Part shown: positions 8,935-17,354 of the stretch, in pieces | Position numbering within the stretch: position 1 is the stretch's first letter | Layout of the letters: every line of letters begins with the position of its first letter | Sequence record: OQ873415.1 | Strand: one strand, 5' to 3' | Source: Escherichia phage PECP20 | DNA: 64,000 bases | Program-made: the position numbers and the translations under genes | Notes under the pieces: model-generated | Told to the model about the DNA's origin: nothing | What the model saw: only the letters and a program-made list of their open reading frames with translations | The model's database searches: none

Positions 8935-9105
8935 TTAGTAAATGTTATAAAAGTTACGATGAGAACGTTTAGCTTTGCGAAGCTGACGTTTAGTAGGACG
9001 AACTGTAAATGGTTGTCCAGAGAAAAAATTCGGATCGGTTTTAATAAGCAAATACCAATCACGCTTGCCATTTTTTAATAAACGGTACAATAATTTAACT
9101 TGCAT
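8935..9105 (-). CDS. Small basic hypothetical protein (56 aa), not in the ORF track
   Basis: Hand translation MQVKLLYRLLKNGKRDWYLLIKTDPNFFSGQPFTVRPTKRQLRKAKRSHRNFYNIY; GGAAGAG ribosome-binding site. Confidence 0.35.
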   Translation of the reverse strand: MQVKLLYRLLKNGKRDWYLLIKTDPNFFSGQPFTVRPTKRQLRKAKRSHRNFYNIY

Positions 9106-9233
9106 AATAATCTCTTCCCATTTCCATATCGATTAATTCATTTATTGAAGGTTCATCATAACATGGTTCTTCGTCGTTGTAAACTGTTTCGACGTCTGGC
9201 TCGACAGTCTCCCATCGAGCAGAATACCACGGT

Positions 9234-9590
9234 TTAACCCCGGAGTTTATTGAGCTCTTCATAATCAATCCAGGATTCTAGCCCTGACGGCAGGTCACAT
9301 TCAATGTTCCACAGAAGCTCTTCAATGGCTTGCAGGCGATTATATTCTTCAACGGTAATGGTAACCATTGGTGCAACCGGTTCTGCCTTTTTAACCATCA
9401 TGTCATTCATCAGGACATACAAGTCATCACGAACGACGGTGTCGTTCCAACCCCATGATTTGGCTTCATACGCTAATGATGAAGGGAGCACATTTAAAAC
9501 TTCAATAATAGATGGAGATTCAGGACCAAGCTCTGATACACAAACTTCGTATGCATCTTGGAAATCTTTAAGATTTAATGAATATGTCAT
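9234..9590 (-). CDS. Hypothetical protein (118 aa)
   Basis: ORF track. Confidence 0.5.
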   Translation of the reverse strand: MTYSLNLKDFQDAYEVCVSELGPESPSIIEVLNVLPSSLAYEAKSWGWNDTVVRDDLYVLMNDMMVKKAEPVAPMVTITVEEYNRLQAIEELLWNIECDLPSGLESWIDYEELNKLRG

Positions 9591-9609
9591 TTAAAATATT
9601 CTCGCAGTT
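9588..9609. repeat. 22-bp direct repeat CATTTAAAATATTCTCGCAGTT, copy 1 (gene junction)
   Basis: Exact match to 9903-9924. Confidence 0.8.
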
Positions 9610-9905
9610 TATTGTTCTACCCAGGCATAGGAAACTTCGAAATCAGGACCACCGTATTCCCAGTGATATTCACCAACAGGAATCCAGTCACCGTGCTCGT
9701 TTTCTTCATAGTCCTCAGCCTCAAGGCCAACGAATCGCCATTGGACACCGATGATTCGATTACCCATCATTACTCTAAATTCACCCCATGGATTATCGAT
9801 AGCATATTGGATATCGTTCTTAGCACGAGAACACATTTCTTGATATAACAAAGCTTCTAATTTACCCTGGTCATAAGAGCCCGGGAAAGTTAAATCAATA
9901 CTCAT
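9609..9905 (-). CDS. Hypothetical protein (98 aa), flanked by the 22-bp direct repeats
   Basis: ORF track. Confidence 0.5.
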   Translation of the reverse strand: MSIDLTFPGSYDQGKLEALLYQEMCSRAKNDIQYAIDNPWGEFRVMMGNRIIGVQWRFVGLEAEDYEENEHGDWIPVGEYHWEYGGPDFEVSYAWVEQ

Positions 9906-10165
9906 TTAAAATATTCTCGCAGTTGGTCAAATCCACCAATATGACTTCCATCAGGAGCAAACACTTGAGGCATAGTCAATCCGACTTGTGATTCACGTCC
10001 AAGCTTAACCAGAAGCTCAGCAATTTTCTCATCATCAAAAACACCTTTTTCTGGCATAACATTAATGAATTCGAATGGCTGTTTCTTAACAGTCAGCAAT
10101 CGTTTCGCATTATCACAATAAATGCATTTATGAATAGTAGAGTCATACCCGTACACTTTAAACAT
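9902..10165 (-). CDS. nrdC: Glutaredoxin NrdC (phage thioredoxin), CIYC active site
   Basis: MFKVYGYDSTIHKCIYCDNAKRLLTVKKQPFEFINV... near-identical to T4 NrdC; 87 aa from the internal ATG. Confidence 0.9.
   Translation of the reverse strand: MFKVYGYDSTIHKCIYCDNAKRLLTVKKQPFEFINVMPEKGVFDDEKIAELLVKLGRESQVGLTMPQVFAPDGSHIGGFDQLREYFK
9903..9924. repeat. 22-bp direct repeat CATTTAAAATATTCTCGCAGTT, copy 2 (encodes the nrdC C-terminus ...REYFK and stop)
   Basis: Exact match to 9588-9609. Confidence 0.8.
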
Positions 10166-10571
10166 TATTTTTCCTTTCATCGATTAAATATGCAATGCCA
10201 AATACAATACATGTAATAAAACCTGTGATACAGATAGAAACCAACAACACTGTACCAAAGAACCAAATCAAGTTATCTTTAGTAGTTTGTTTGATATCCA
10301 TCTCACGAATTTCTATAGCTATCGTATCACCTTTATTCAGAAGCGTATAAAACGACGGTGATACACGCCTGTCAAAAACTCGTCCTTGCTCATCTTTATA
10401 GACTGCAATAAATTCTAATTTAGAATATTTTCCTGTAGATTGGCCTGAGATTAATTCCACTACCTCCACAGGAATTACTTTAGTTTCCATGTAAGTATTC
10501 TGGCTGTTCCAAATGAATGGAATAATGGCAAAAACTAAAGCTGCGATAAAACAACGAAGGCTATATCTCAT
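10158..10571 (-). CDS. Hypothetical membrane protein (137 aa; N- and C-terminal transmembrane helices)
   Basis: Hydrophobic segments in the translation. Confidence 0.5.
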   Translation of the reverse strand: MRYSLRCFIAALVFAIIPFIWNSQNTYMETKVIPVEVVELISGQSTGKYSKLEFIAVYKDEQGRVFDRRVSPSFYTLLNKGDTIAIEIREMDIKQTTKDNLIWFFGTVLLVSICITGFITCIVFGIAYLIDERKNNV

Positions 10572-10876
10572 TATAATGTTCTCTCAAATTTGTGGAAGCA
10601 TTTACGGCATTTCAATTTCAAGTTATCAGTGGTCCAGTTAACCAGTTGGACTTGGATAGTTCCACATTCCGGGCATGGATGTTTTGCTGCTGATTTGGCA
10701 GCATTTTCACGTCGTTCAACCATTTTCATTATTTCGTTCCATGCTGGAGGAACGAACTCTTCTTCACCGTGGATTTTATCTCGCTGAACAAATTCAATCT
10801 TTGAACTATCGTCAATAAACTTAACCAAGCCATGATTAGTGCTCATATCAATATCCTCTAAAAGACGTAGTTTCAT
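10571..10876 (-). CDS. Hypothetical protein with C-terminal zinc-ribbon (CPEC...CRKC), 101 aa
   Basis: Cys pairs CPEC and CRKC about 20 aa apart. Confidence 0.5.
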   Translation of the reverse strand: MKLRLLEDIDMSTNHGLVKFIDDSSKIEFVQRDKIHGEEEFVPPAWNEIMKMVERRENAAKSAAKHPCPECGTIQVQLVNWTTDNLKLKCRKCFHKFERTL

Positions 10877-11826
10877 TATAACACCTCAATGGCATTTCGT
10901 AAACCGTCCGCTTTCGCATTCAGAGTTTTTAACGATTTAGTCTGTTCTTTAATCTGGGCTTCGACTTCTTTCAGACGAGATTTGAGATATTCACGTTCTT
11001 CGCTCAAGTTGTCAACTTTTTCTACTTTAGGTTCTTTAATAGTCTTAAGTTTATACTCGTTAGGGTTCTTCAGCTTAATTCGGGTGCGAGAACTGTATAA
11101 CATTGAACCGTTATCTTCGGATTCGTCGAACGTTTCAACAACATCCATAGTCTCTAACAATGTAATAAGTTTATAAGACAATGAACGAACGGTTTTATTA
11201 TGCTTATTAATTTCTTCAGCTTTCATGGTACCGAGATTACGTGAGTAGTAATAAGGAACCTGGATATCAATTGATAATGATGCGTTACCATTACCGGTCG
11301 GTTTGAATACTGCAGTAACCCAATCTTTAACATGAACTTTATTTGTACGACAATCACCGCCCGTGAATAATTTACGAGAATGTTTAAAAAGCATATTCAC
11401 TTGGTTATTGAATTCACAAGCAAATTTATCAGCGAATTTAGTTTCAGGAATGGTAGATAACCAATCAGCCAAATGAGTCTTTTTAACATCATTAACAATA
11501 GTGAATTCAACCAAATCAGTTTTAGATGTCACAGATTTAATAAAGCTCGGTTTCATAAAGTTTTTAATGTTATCGCGAGCTACAGTAGAAGATAATAAAC
11601 GAGAACGTTTGAACCATTGAAGCAGTGTCCCTAATGAATGAGAATACGCATTCTGAGTATCTTTACAGATATGATTTTCTTGACCTGTGTATGTACCAAA
11701 ATCGCGAAGAATACCACTTACTACATCTCGGTGTGGAACATCAAATCCTAGTGCACCAACAGCGCGCTGGGCACGAACGTTAGCGATAAGACCGGCAAAG
11801 TATTCAATGTAATGTGAACGTGTCAT
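10876..11826 (-). CDS. Hypothetical protein (316 aa) with C-terminal coiled coil
   Basis: ORF track; own promoter; no recognisable catalytic motif. Confidence 0.55.
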   Translation of the reverse strand: MTRSHYIEYFAGLIANVRAQRAVGALGFDVPHRDVVSGILRDFGTYTGQENHICKDTQNAYSHSLGTLLQWFKRSRLLSSTVARDNIKNFMKPSFIKSVTSKTDLVEFTIVNDVKKTHLADWLSTIPETKFADKFACEFNNQVNMLFKHSRKLFTGGDCRTNKVHVKDWVTAVFKPTGNGNASLSIDIQVPYYYSRNLGTMKAEEINKHNKTVRSLSYKLITLLETMDVVETFDESEDNGSMLYSSRTRIKLKNPNEYKLKTIKEPKVEKVDNLSEEREYLKSRLKEVEAQIKEQTKSLKTLNAKADGLRNAIEVL

Positions 11827-11854
11827 AATATTTTCCTCTCGTTAAGATAGATTT

Positions 11855-11883
11855 ATTATACTCCAACCATCCTTGGTTGTAAA
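11855..11883 (-). promoter_or_regulatory. T4-type early promoter (-35 TTTACA, 17 nt, -10 TATAAT) inside a 30-bp repeat
   Basis: The 30-mer ATTTATTATACTCCAACCATCCTTGGTTGT (11851-11880) is identical to 12871-12900. Confidence 0.55.
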
Positions 11884-11888
11884 CCGTT

Positions 11889-12848
11889 TTATGATTTTAA
11901 TGCATTCATTGCATTAAAAAGTTTAGAGTACTGCAACTGGAGATTCGTTACAACACTTTGAGCATCACGAAGCTTAGCTTGTGCTTTGTCAAGTTCAACG
12001 GACAGTTGGTCTGCAGTAGCCTTGATTTGGTTGTAATGATAATCTTCGGCCGGAAGAAGGTCATTAGAAACATTTAGTTTTACTGCCGACAGTTTGCACA
12101 CATTTGGCAAACCTTTAAACATACCGGGTTGTGTCGGAGAATATGCGCTTAGAACCTCTGCATTACCGACTGGTGTTGCTGTGATATTGCCTTCGAACGT
12201 TGCATTTTCCTTTTTAAGATTTTGATAGTATTCAGAGTCTTTGTGCCACCATGGCGCAGGAACCTTTTTACCAATAGATACACGAGCCTGGATAGCGATA
12301 TGGCCCTTATTCTTGATAGGGTCGATAATATTAAGCTCACGAGAATAAATTGCTTTAATCTGGTGGATATTATCACCTAAAACTTCTAACGCTTGGTGGA
12401 ATACACGAGCAACGTTATCGTTCTTAGGTTTATACGTGAGAGTGAACTCGTTCTCGCTGATAACCATGATTTCCAACTTATCGTAAGTATATTTCAAATG
12501 TTTCATGTTAATTGCTTGAGGACGAATACGAGAAGCAATGGCCATCAGATTGTTAAGGTTATTCCGGAACTGCTTAGCGAAATATTGTCCTTCACCGCCA
12601 ATACAAAAATTACGAAGTTTCTGTTTGGCTAATAAACGGCTGAACTCACCATTTTTAATGAACTCTTTAACGGGCGTGTTAGTAACACATTCAAATTGAG
12701 TAAACATACGAGAAGTAATCCCATAATACGAACAGACTTCCTCAATCTCTTCAGGAGTTTTTACAGGCATACGGATAGGATTAGGTCCTGGAGTATATGC
12801 GTTCGAGGTAAATTCTTTGATAAGTTCTCTACGTGTAATAAAAGCCAT
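11889..12848 (-). CDS. Hypothetical protein (319 aa) with C-terminal coiled coil
   Basis: ORF track; own promoter. Confidence 0.55.
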   Translation of the reverse strand: MAFITRRELIKEFTSNAYTPGPNPIRMPVKTPEEIEEVCSYYGITSRMFTQFECVTNTPVKEFIKNGEFSRLLAKQKLRNFCIGGEGQYFAKQFRNNLNNLMAIASRIRPQAINMKHLKYTYDKLEIMVISENEFTLTYKPKNDNVARVFHQALEVLGDNIHQIKAIYSRELNIIDPIKNKGHIAIQARVSIGKKVPAPWWHKDSEYYQNLKKENATFEGNITATPVGNAEVLSAYSPTQPGMFKGLPNVCKLSAVKLNVSNDLLPAEDYHYNQIKATADQLSVELDKAQAKLRDAQSVVTNLQLQYSKLFNAMNALKS

Positions 12849-12874
12849 TTTATATTCCTCATGTTGAAAAATTT

Positions 12875-12903
12875 ATTATACTCCAACCATCCTTGGTTGT
12901 ACA
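12875..12903 (-). promoter_or_regulatory. T4-type early promoter (-35 TGTACA, 17 nt, -10 TATAAT) inside the second copy of the 30-bp repeat
   Basis: Identical 30-mer at 12871-12900. Confidence 0.55.
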
Positions 12904-13899
12904 TCATTCCTTAAGAAGTTTTACTACTTGAATAAGATTAGCTCGTTCTGTTTTATTTTTACCATTTAAGCCTGCTAATCGTGAGATTTCATCGTCAGTC
13001 TGTTGAATAGTTACATTAAGTTCGTTAATCAAAGCTTCAAAGTATTTGATTTGCTCAGCATGTTTTGATTCAAATTTCTGAACCGGAATAACGTCTTGGT
13101 TCAGTTCATCAATAAGGTCTTTAAGAGCATCTTCTTGGTTGATATCGTATTCAACTTCTTTTATTTCTTCAACGAACTCGTTTTTATATCTAACATCTTT
13201 TAGTCCTGGTGCCGGTCCTGAAATCTCTTCTTTAAGAGTACAAACATACCCAATACGGTATTGGATACCGTCTCGCTTGATATCAACTTCGTCGATAAAT
13301 CCGCAATGTTTAAGACCAGAGCCGATTAGGTCAAAATATCCTTGACGTCGTCCTTCAAACGTTACACGAACTACTAAGACAGTTTTGCCAGCGACCTTTT
13401 GAAGCTCACATTTATAAAAGTTCGTTGAACCTGAATAACGTGGATGAGTTTTAAAGTTCATCTGACGATCTAGGCCCATTTGTAAACGTGCTGTTACGGC
13501 CATAAAACGTGTTTGGTTCTCGTTAAGATGAGCAACAATCCATTTCAAAGGCATTTTACCCTGTTCACGACCGAACAAATCAGTACATCCTAGATTACGC
13601 AGGATGTTGTTAGAGTTAATCATCGACAGAACGTTAAGTTTATTCAGCGCGCTGAAGATTCCATCAGCCATTGATTTTCCATAACCTTTACACGCTTTAA
13701 TAAGTGCTCGCGGCAGATTAGTATAGATTTCAGACGGCATATGAAAATCAAATTTACTAGTCAGTAATTGATGAACTTGGATAGCAATTTGCTCGTAATT
13801 AAGTGCTCTGCGATCATTATGGTCTTTAAACCACACTTTAATCTGTGAAGCACATAAACCGTTAATTTCATGTTTTACCGCATCAGATGTAATGCTCAT
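12904..13899 (-). CDS. Hypothetical protein (331 aa) with C-terminal coiled coil
   Basis: ORF track; related CCNTCCTTGG promoter element upstream. Confidence 0.55.
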   Translation of the reverse strand: MSITSDAVKHEINGLCASQIKVWFKDHNDRRALNYEQIAIQVHQLLTSKFDFHMPSEIYTNLPRALIKACKGYGKSMADGIFSALNKLNVLSMINSNNILRNLGCTDLFGREQGKMPLKWIVAHLNENQTRFMAVTARLQMGLDRQMNFKTHPRYSGSTNFYKCELQKVAGKTVLVVRVTFEGRRQGYFDLIGSGLKHCGFIDEVDIKRDGIQYRIGYVCTLKEEISGPAPGLKDVRYKNEFVEEIKEVEYDINQEDALKDLIDELNQDVIPVQKFESKHAEQIKYFEALINELNVTIQQTDDEISRLAGLNGKNKTERANLIQVVKLLKE

Positions 13900-13961
13900 A
13901 ACTATTTCCTCAGATTGAATTGGAACTCAAAACCATTATAACCCGTCCTTGGGTAAAGCGT

Positions 13962-14489
13962 TTATGCGTGAACCGTCTTTAAACGTTCTTCAAATTTCCG
14001 AAGAGTACTAATACGTTCTGCTTTCTGTTTTGTATAGTTTGCAATACGTTCTGAAGTGAGAGCGTATCGTTCGTTTACTGTTTCTTTCATGAAGTCAGGG
14101 ATTTCACGAGAAGCTTTAATTTCATCAAACTTGTCGAGTACTGCCTGGTCTTCAGCGATTAAATTTTCATACATCTCGATATCTTTCTTGATAAACTCGA
14201 TATCTTCCTGGGTTACTTTGGATAAACGAGACGCTTTATCCTTTTTGTACTGCTCGTTAGTTTCACGAGACCAGAATAATGTACGTTTTTTGTTAGTGTT
14301 TTTGTAGACTTCCACAATTCCAACTGAATCGATGATAACAATCCAATTCCAGCGAGATTTGAAAATCTGACCTCCGTCCACGGTAATCTCGTTATCATAA
14401 GCAACGTCATTAAAGAACTTGCTTTGTGCTTCAGATTTAAATTTACCGTCGTTATAATTTACCAGGTTGAAAATATCTTTAGCGTTCAT
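13962..14489 (-). CDS. Hypothetical protein (175 aa)
   Basis: ORF track; GGAGG ribosome-binding site; early promoter upstream. Confidence 0.55.
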   Translation of the reverse strand: MNAKDIFNLVNYNDGKFKSEAQSKFFNDVAYDNEITVDGGQIFKSRWNWIVIIDSVGIVEVYKNTNKKRTLFWSRETNEQYKKDKASRLSKVTQEDIEFIKKDIEMYENLIAEDQAVLDKFDEIKASREIPDFMKETVNERYALTSERIANYTKQKAERISTLRKFEERLKTVHA

Positions 14490-14516
14490 GTTTTACCTCC
14501 AGTAGTTGATAGGTCT

Positions 14517-14545
14517 ATAATAACATAACCATAGACCTTGTAAAC
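14517..14545 (-). promoter_or_regulatory. T4-type early promoter (GTTTACA ... TATTAT) with AGGTCTAT/ATAGACCT inverted repeat in the spacer
   Basis: Minus-strand GTTGTTTACA, 17 nt, TATTAT. Confidence 0.5.
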
Positions 14546-14547
14546 AA

Positions 14548-14835
14548 CTAAAAGAAACTTTTTTCAGTATTTTTTCCACTGAACCAAACAGACTTCGGGA
14601 TTTTTTGTAATTTTTCAGACTTAAGTTTCTCTTCCTGTTCTTTCTTATATACTCCCTTGTCGTACTGGAGCATCTCTAGGGCATTCTTTTGCAAACGATC
14701 TAAGGTAATTAAGGCTTTAGTTTTTCCTTTCAAGGAAGAGTCCTGGCGAACTTCCTCGCTATATTGCATCGTAGAACTAACCATACGATGTGCATACAGT
14801 TCGACTGCGGCTTTGATTTTTTGCATAAAATCCAT
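14548..14835 (-). CDS. Hypothetical protein (95 aa)
   Basis: ORF track. Confidence 0.45.
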   Translation of the reverse strand: MDFMQKIKAAVELYAHRMVSSTMQYSEEVRQDSSLKGKTKALITLDRLQKNALEMLQYDKGVYKKEQEEKLKSEKLQKIPKSVWFSGKNTEKSFF

Positions 14836-14973
14836 AACATATCCTCTTTGATTTGTACATCATTATTTTTAAATATTTCTATGCCCTCAGTAGGTTCCTG
14901 GTGTCCTTCTTTGAGGTAAGCCATATGGTTATTAATCTTTGTGGCTTTTGTTACCTCAGGACTTCCTGTAAGC

Positions 14974-15954
14974 TTATTTCAGTAAAGTTACTTCAGAGAT
15001 TTCCTCCCAACCATCTTTATCGGTTGAAATAAAATCTGCTACATAAAGAGCCGTACGTAATGATACATTGCGAAGACGAGATACATTAGCCTTCATCCAG
15101 GACAATGCTTTATACGTTTCAGCATCAGTCAAGCCACGTTTCTGCATCATATCAGTAGATAATATTACATCTTCAACTCGAACCATAATCTCTTCATTAG
15201 AGTGTACTCCAAGGTCGAGATACACTGAACGAGATACTAAAGCTTGAAGGTGTGGAGCAAGTTTCGAACCCCGTTCTAACTCTTTATCGATATCAACGTT
15301 TGTAATGAAAACGATAGTACCTTCAAACTCAAATTCTTTATCAATACCCTTATCCTCGAGATAAGATGACGCAGTGCTCCAACAAACTTTGCGTTTATCT
15401 CCGGTATCTAATGCTGCTTTAAGAAGGTTCAGGATGTCCATATCTGAGAATACGTCAACGTCATCGATTAAGAGAACGCTGTCTTCATCACGGTTGAGCC
15501 AAAGTTGTTCGTAAAGGCCAATACCGGAGATTTTACCATTAATGCTTTTGTATTTGATGAAACCATTATCATTAGCATTATTAAGTGCTTTATCCAGAGA
15601 ATACGTCTTACCAATACCAGCTGCACCTGAAATAATGAGTGAACGAATTTTGCCATCAATAATGCCATTCGTCATCATGTTCATTACTTTAAAGCGTTTG
15701 TTGATACGAGTTTTCATATCTTCAGTGCTTTCAACAACTGCAACTGGTGACGTCTCAACTCCTTCCATTACGATGTCTGATTTGAAGACCCATACTCCAC
15801 GTTCAGAACCATCAATCATAACGAAAATTTTACCATCACCTAAGTGGGAACATTCAGGATTAAGCTTTGCCGGGAACCATGTCTTTGTGGCAACATAAGA
15901 ACCAGAGATTTCGTTATTACGATAGATACCTTTTTTGATTTGAACGTTGAACAT
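14974..15954 (-). CDS. P-loop NTPase, AAA-like (Walker A GAAGIGKT, Walker B LLIDDVD)
   Basis: Motifs read in the translation; start at internal ATG with GGAG ribosome-binding site. Confidence 0.6.
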   Translation of the reverse strand: MFNVQIKKGIYRNNEISGSYVATKTWFPAKLNPECSHLGDGKIFVMIDGSERGVWVFKSDIVMEGVETSPVAVVESTEDMKTRINKRFKVMNMMTNGIIDGKIRSLIISGAAGIGKTYSLDKALNNANDNGFIKYKSINGKISGIGLYEQLWLNRDEDSVLLIDDVDVFSDMDILNLLKAALDTGDKRKVCWSTASSYLEDKGIDKEFEFEGTIVFITNVDIDKELERGSKLAPHLQALVSRSVYLDLGVHSNEEIMVRVEDVILSTDMMQKRGLTDAETYKALSWMKANVSRLRNVSLRTALYVADFISTDKDGWEEISEVTLLK

Positions 15955-15992
15955 TTTATTCTCCAATTTACTCATTTCGTTTCGATAGGTCT

Positions 15993-16020
15993 ATAGTATC
16001 ATATCCTAAAAGCATGTACA
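15993..16020 (-). promoter_or_regulatory. T4-type early promoter candidate (TGTACA ... TACTAT); also carries a TGCTTTTA MotA-box-like sequence
   Basis: Minus-strand read. Confidence 0.4.
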
Positions 16021-16041
16021 CTACTTTTTAAAAATATTTTG

Positions 16042-16069
16042 ACCCCCTAAAGGGACCCGAAGGTCCCCA
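16042..16069 (-). repeat. Dual-hairpin element ACCCCCTAAAGGGACCCGAAGGTCCCC (possible terminator half of a promoter/stem-loop cassette), copy 1
   Basis: GC-rich palindromes; near-identical element at 34001-34026. Confidence 0.5.
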
Positions 16070-16144
16070 CATTTACTTATCGCACTTAGCAACATAATTA
16101 GGCATATCACAGAATACGGAGCGTGTAACTACTCGACCCTTTGA

Positions 16145-16333
16145 CTATGCTTCAGTTGCTTGTCCGGCAGTGCTATTAATATAGCTCGATTTGATATTCT
16201 CAATACCCTGAGAATGTGATGCATTTACCGAACCGTTGGAAGGCCCAGAAGACTGGTTACCACCAGCTCCTGTGGTAGCACCAACAGAGAATGCCATCAT
16301 TACTGCGAATAAACCAATTGCTAATTTTTTCAT
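16145..16333 (-). CDS. Small secreted Ser/Gly/Asn-rich protein (62 aa) with N-terminal signal peptide
   Basis: MKKLAIGLFAVMMAFSVGA followed by a low-complexity tail. Confidence 0.45.
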   Translation of the reverse strand: MKKLAIGLFAVMMAFSVGATTGAGGNQSSGPSNGSVNASHSQGIENIKSSYINSTAGQATEA

Positions 16334-16364
16334 ATTTACCTCAAGTTAAGGGTTATTTATCTAC

Positions 16365-17354
16365 TTATTTATAGTAAGAATTATGATTTTCGAGATAGAC
16401 TTGCTCAAGGAAATCATCCCAGAAACTCATATCTACTTTTTGTTGCATACCATTCTTGGCAGCTTGTTCTGACGCATGTTCAACTTGGTCAACGATATCT
16501 TCTAGGAATTCTTGTACAGTTTTAAACGTATGTTTACCAAGCTTAACATCGAGAATAAATGGAGCATCCTGAAGTGGGTAAACCAGGTCGCCGGTTTTGT
16601 AAATTTCCAATAATTGAAGTCCACCACGACATGCATGACTCAATGCTTTCCAGTCAATACCTTCGTTAGCTTCTGCTTTACGAGCACGTTCACCATAGTT
16701 CTCTTCCAGTTTAACCAGGATAGCATTGAACTCTTTATTGGTTAACGTGTCTTGGAATTTACGGTCTAACAGACTATAGAATGTTTGCTTACCTGTTTTC
16801 TCGTTTTCGGTTTCAACCCATGAAGCAAATTCACCTACAGGTAGAACATTCTTCATATGTGATAAACGAATTACTGCACCATTATCAAAGTATTGTCCCC
16901 ATTCATTAGAACGTTTAAGGGCTTGACGAAGAACAGCCAGTCGAGAACCCTTGACACCGTATTTAGAAGCTTGCTTACGGACGTACCCTAAATAAGATTT
17001 CATGTTAGTGGTATAGAAACGAGACCTGTTATCTTGAATATACTTCCATACATCAGGCAAATCAGATTTAACTACTAGACTTGGTGGAGTATGAAGCATA
17101 TCTAATGCGACGGTTTCACCATCTGCAGCTAGTTTAAAGAAATATTTGAGACTATATAACTCATGGTCTACGTCGTCTTTTGTGTTCTTAGAAGATGTGT
17201 TATTCGTGTTCTTGCTCATATGTTCTTTAACGTTACCGGTCAAAATATCACGAGCATGAGGGACATAAATTTCTTTAAAATCGACGTCAGATTCAGGAGT
17301 AGACGTTCCATAAAGGTGGCTACCAAAGTAGCTTTTCATAATTGTTTTCATCAT
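16365..17354 (-). CDS. Predicted nucleotidyltransferase-fold protein (Pol-beta-like GS...DVD motif), 329 aa
   Basis: N-terminal YFGSHLYGTSTPESDVDF matches the hG[GS]x(9-13)DhD signature of the minimal nucleotidyltransferase fold; rest helical. Confidence 0.55.
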   Translation of the reverse strand: MMKTIMKSYFGSHLYGTSTPESDVDFKEIYVPHARDILTGNVKEHMSKNTNNTSSKNTKDDVDHELYSLKYFFKLAADGETVALDMLHTPPSLVVKSDLPDVWKYIQDNRSRFYTTNMKSYLGYVRKQASKYGVKGSRLAVLRQALKRSNEWGQYFDNGAVIRLSHMKNVLPVGEFASWVETENEKTGKQTFYSLLDRKFQDTLTNKEFNAILVKLEENYGERARKAEANEGIDWKALSHACRGGLQLLEIYKTGDLVYPLQDAPFILDVKLGKHTFKTVQEFLEDIVDQVEHASEQAAKNGMQQKVDMSFWDDFLEQVYLENHNSYYK

